From IMG/VR virus record IMGVR_UViG_3300045051_000720, positions 124,001 through 188,000 of that record: 64,000 nt of DNA; one strand, 5' to 3'. The notes beneath the pieces were generated by a model. The model was not told the origin of the DNA, ran no database searches, and worked only from the letters and a program-made list of their open reading frames with translations. The translations under genes were made by a program, and so were the position numbers. Within the stretch, counting starts at the first letter, position 1. Every line of letters begins with the position of its first letter. This document shows, piece after piece, positions 63,401 through 64,000 of the stretch.

Positions 63401-63924
63401 CGACCTATGACCTACCGCACCGCCACCCGCCGTCTGATGAAACGGTTGCGCGATGTATGTCGGAGCATCGCATCTGGCTACCATCCCAGTTGGTGGTTGA
63501 CGTGGCGATGGCCCGACTAAACACCTTTCTCCATGACCCTTTACCTCCGCGCTCTCTGGCGGCTGCTCTTGTTCAAAACCAGCGCCCCAATGACCGATCA
63601 TCAGTACCACACCATGATGGCACAGGCTGGCGCGCGGTGCCGGCACTGCGGGCTGCATCTATGATCTCATCTCTCAAACCCGACCCCGCCATCCTCGGAC
63701 CGATTGACGAGGCCCTGACCGCCTTTTATCCTGACCCTTGGACCTATCGGCACGAGGAGGGGGTAGCGTACTGGCGATGGCTCTGTGTGGATCGAATCGT
63801 GACACCGGAAGAGCTGGGTGTCATGCTGGACACCGTGCGCGGACTCAACCCGCGCGGGTTTTTTCGAGGGACGGTACTAGGCAAGCCGCTGACGGCTATT
63901 TTCTTCTATCCCGCGTTCTCGTAG
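60446..63924 (+). other. Run of small hypothetical CDSs
   Basis: 60446-60604 (TM), 60601-60909 (TM), 60913-61194, 61191-61793, 61790-62143, 62140-62436, 62483-62734, 62731-62898, 62895-63410, 63407-63520, 63508-63924. Confidence 0.68.
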
Positions 63925-63973
63925 GGTAATCCCCCCGCTAGACAGACCCCAATCGATCGGCTATCCTGCTCTC

Positions 63974-64000
63974 ATGACCATCCAACCCGCCATTGGCGAC
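63974..64000 (+). CDS. Start of a gene cut by the window edge
   Basis: TAGACA-17-TATCCT then 6 nt to ATG. Confidence 0.55.

Noticed and set aside
1-64000. Many long minus-strand and off-frame ORFs in the track (for example 732-1385, 15698-16450, 21513-22367, 55914-56768)
   Set aside because: They overlap well-supported plus-strand genes, lack motifs and are expected in high-GC DNA.
1-64000. Reverse transcriptase, DGR or retron, integrase, terminase, capsid genes
   Set aside because: I saw no diagnostic motifs in any frame.

Overview
The window is a piece of a large tailed-phage genome with high GC and nearly all genes on the + strand. I found no structural, terminase, integrase, tRNA or CRISPR genes. 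Bases 1-18.2 kb hold a replication and nucleic-acid module: metallophosphoesterase, Dam-like methylase, DnaB helicase, primase, PD-(D/E)XK nuclease, RtcB, and a DnaE split into PHP and catalytic genes around a DEDDh exonuclease. Then come well over 100 small, mostly ATGA-coupled hypothetical genes driven by repeated sigma70-type promoters that appear to give leaderless mRNAs. The most striking feature is at 50.17-51.84 kb. There, a 397-bp array of GGY-NN pentamers, cut into six segments by GGAAC/GGTCC separators and with its own promoter, lies just upstream of a RAMP/Cas7-like gene and a coupled partner gene. This looks like an RNA-guided system with a gapped code (VIPR-like, from my memory of that report). 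Other highlights are a ~770-nt ORF-free, highly structured ncRNA candidate (20.0-20.8 kb); two different TnpB genes, one IS605-type and one apparently domesticated with a rearranged RuvC and an embedded omega-RNA; a 44-48 kb run of tiny genes each preceded by GAACGA(A); a second promoter-like motif, GGTGTATA-N7-start, in front of three nuclease units; an H-NS-like protein; and a bL12-domain protein. A Verrucomicrobia (Opitutae-like) host is a weak inference. All annotation was done by eye from motifs; no searches were run.
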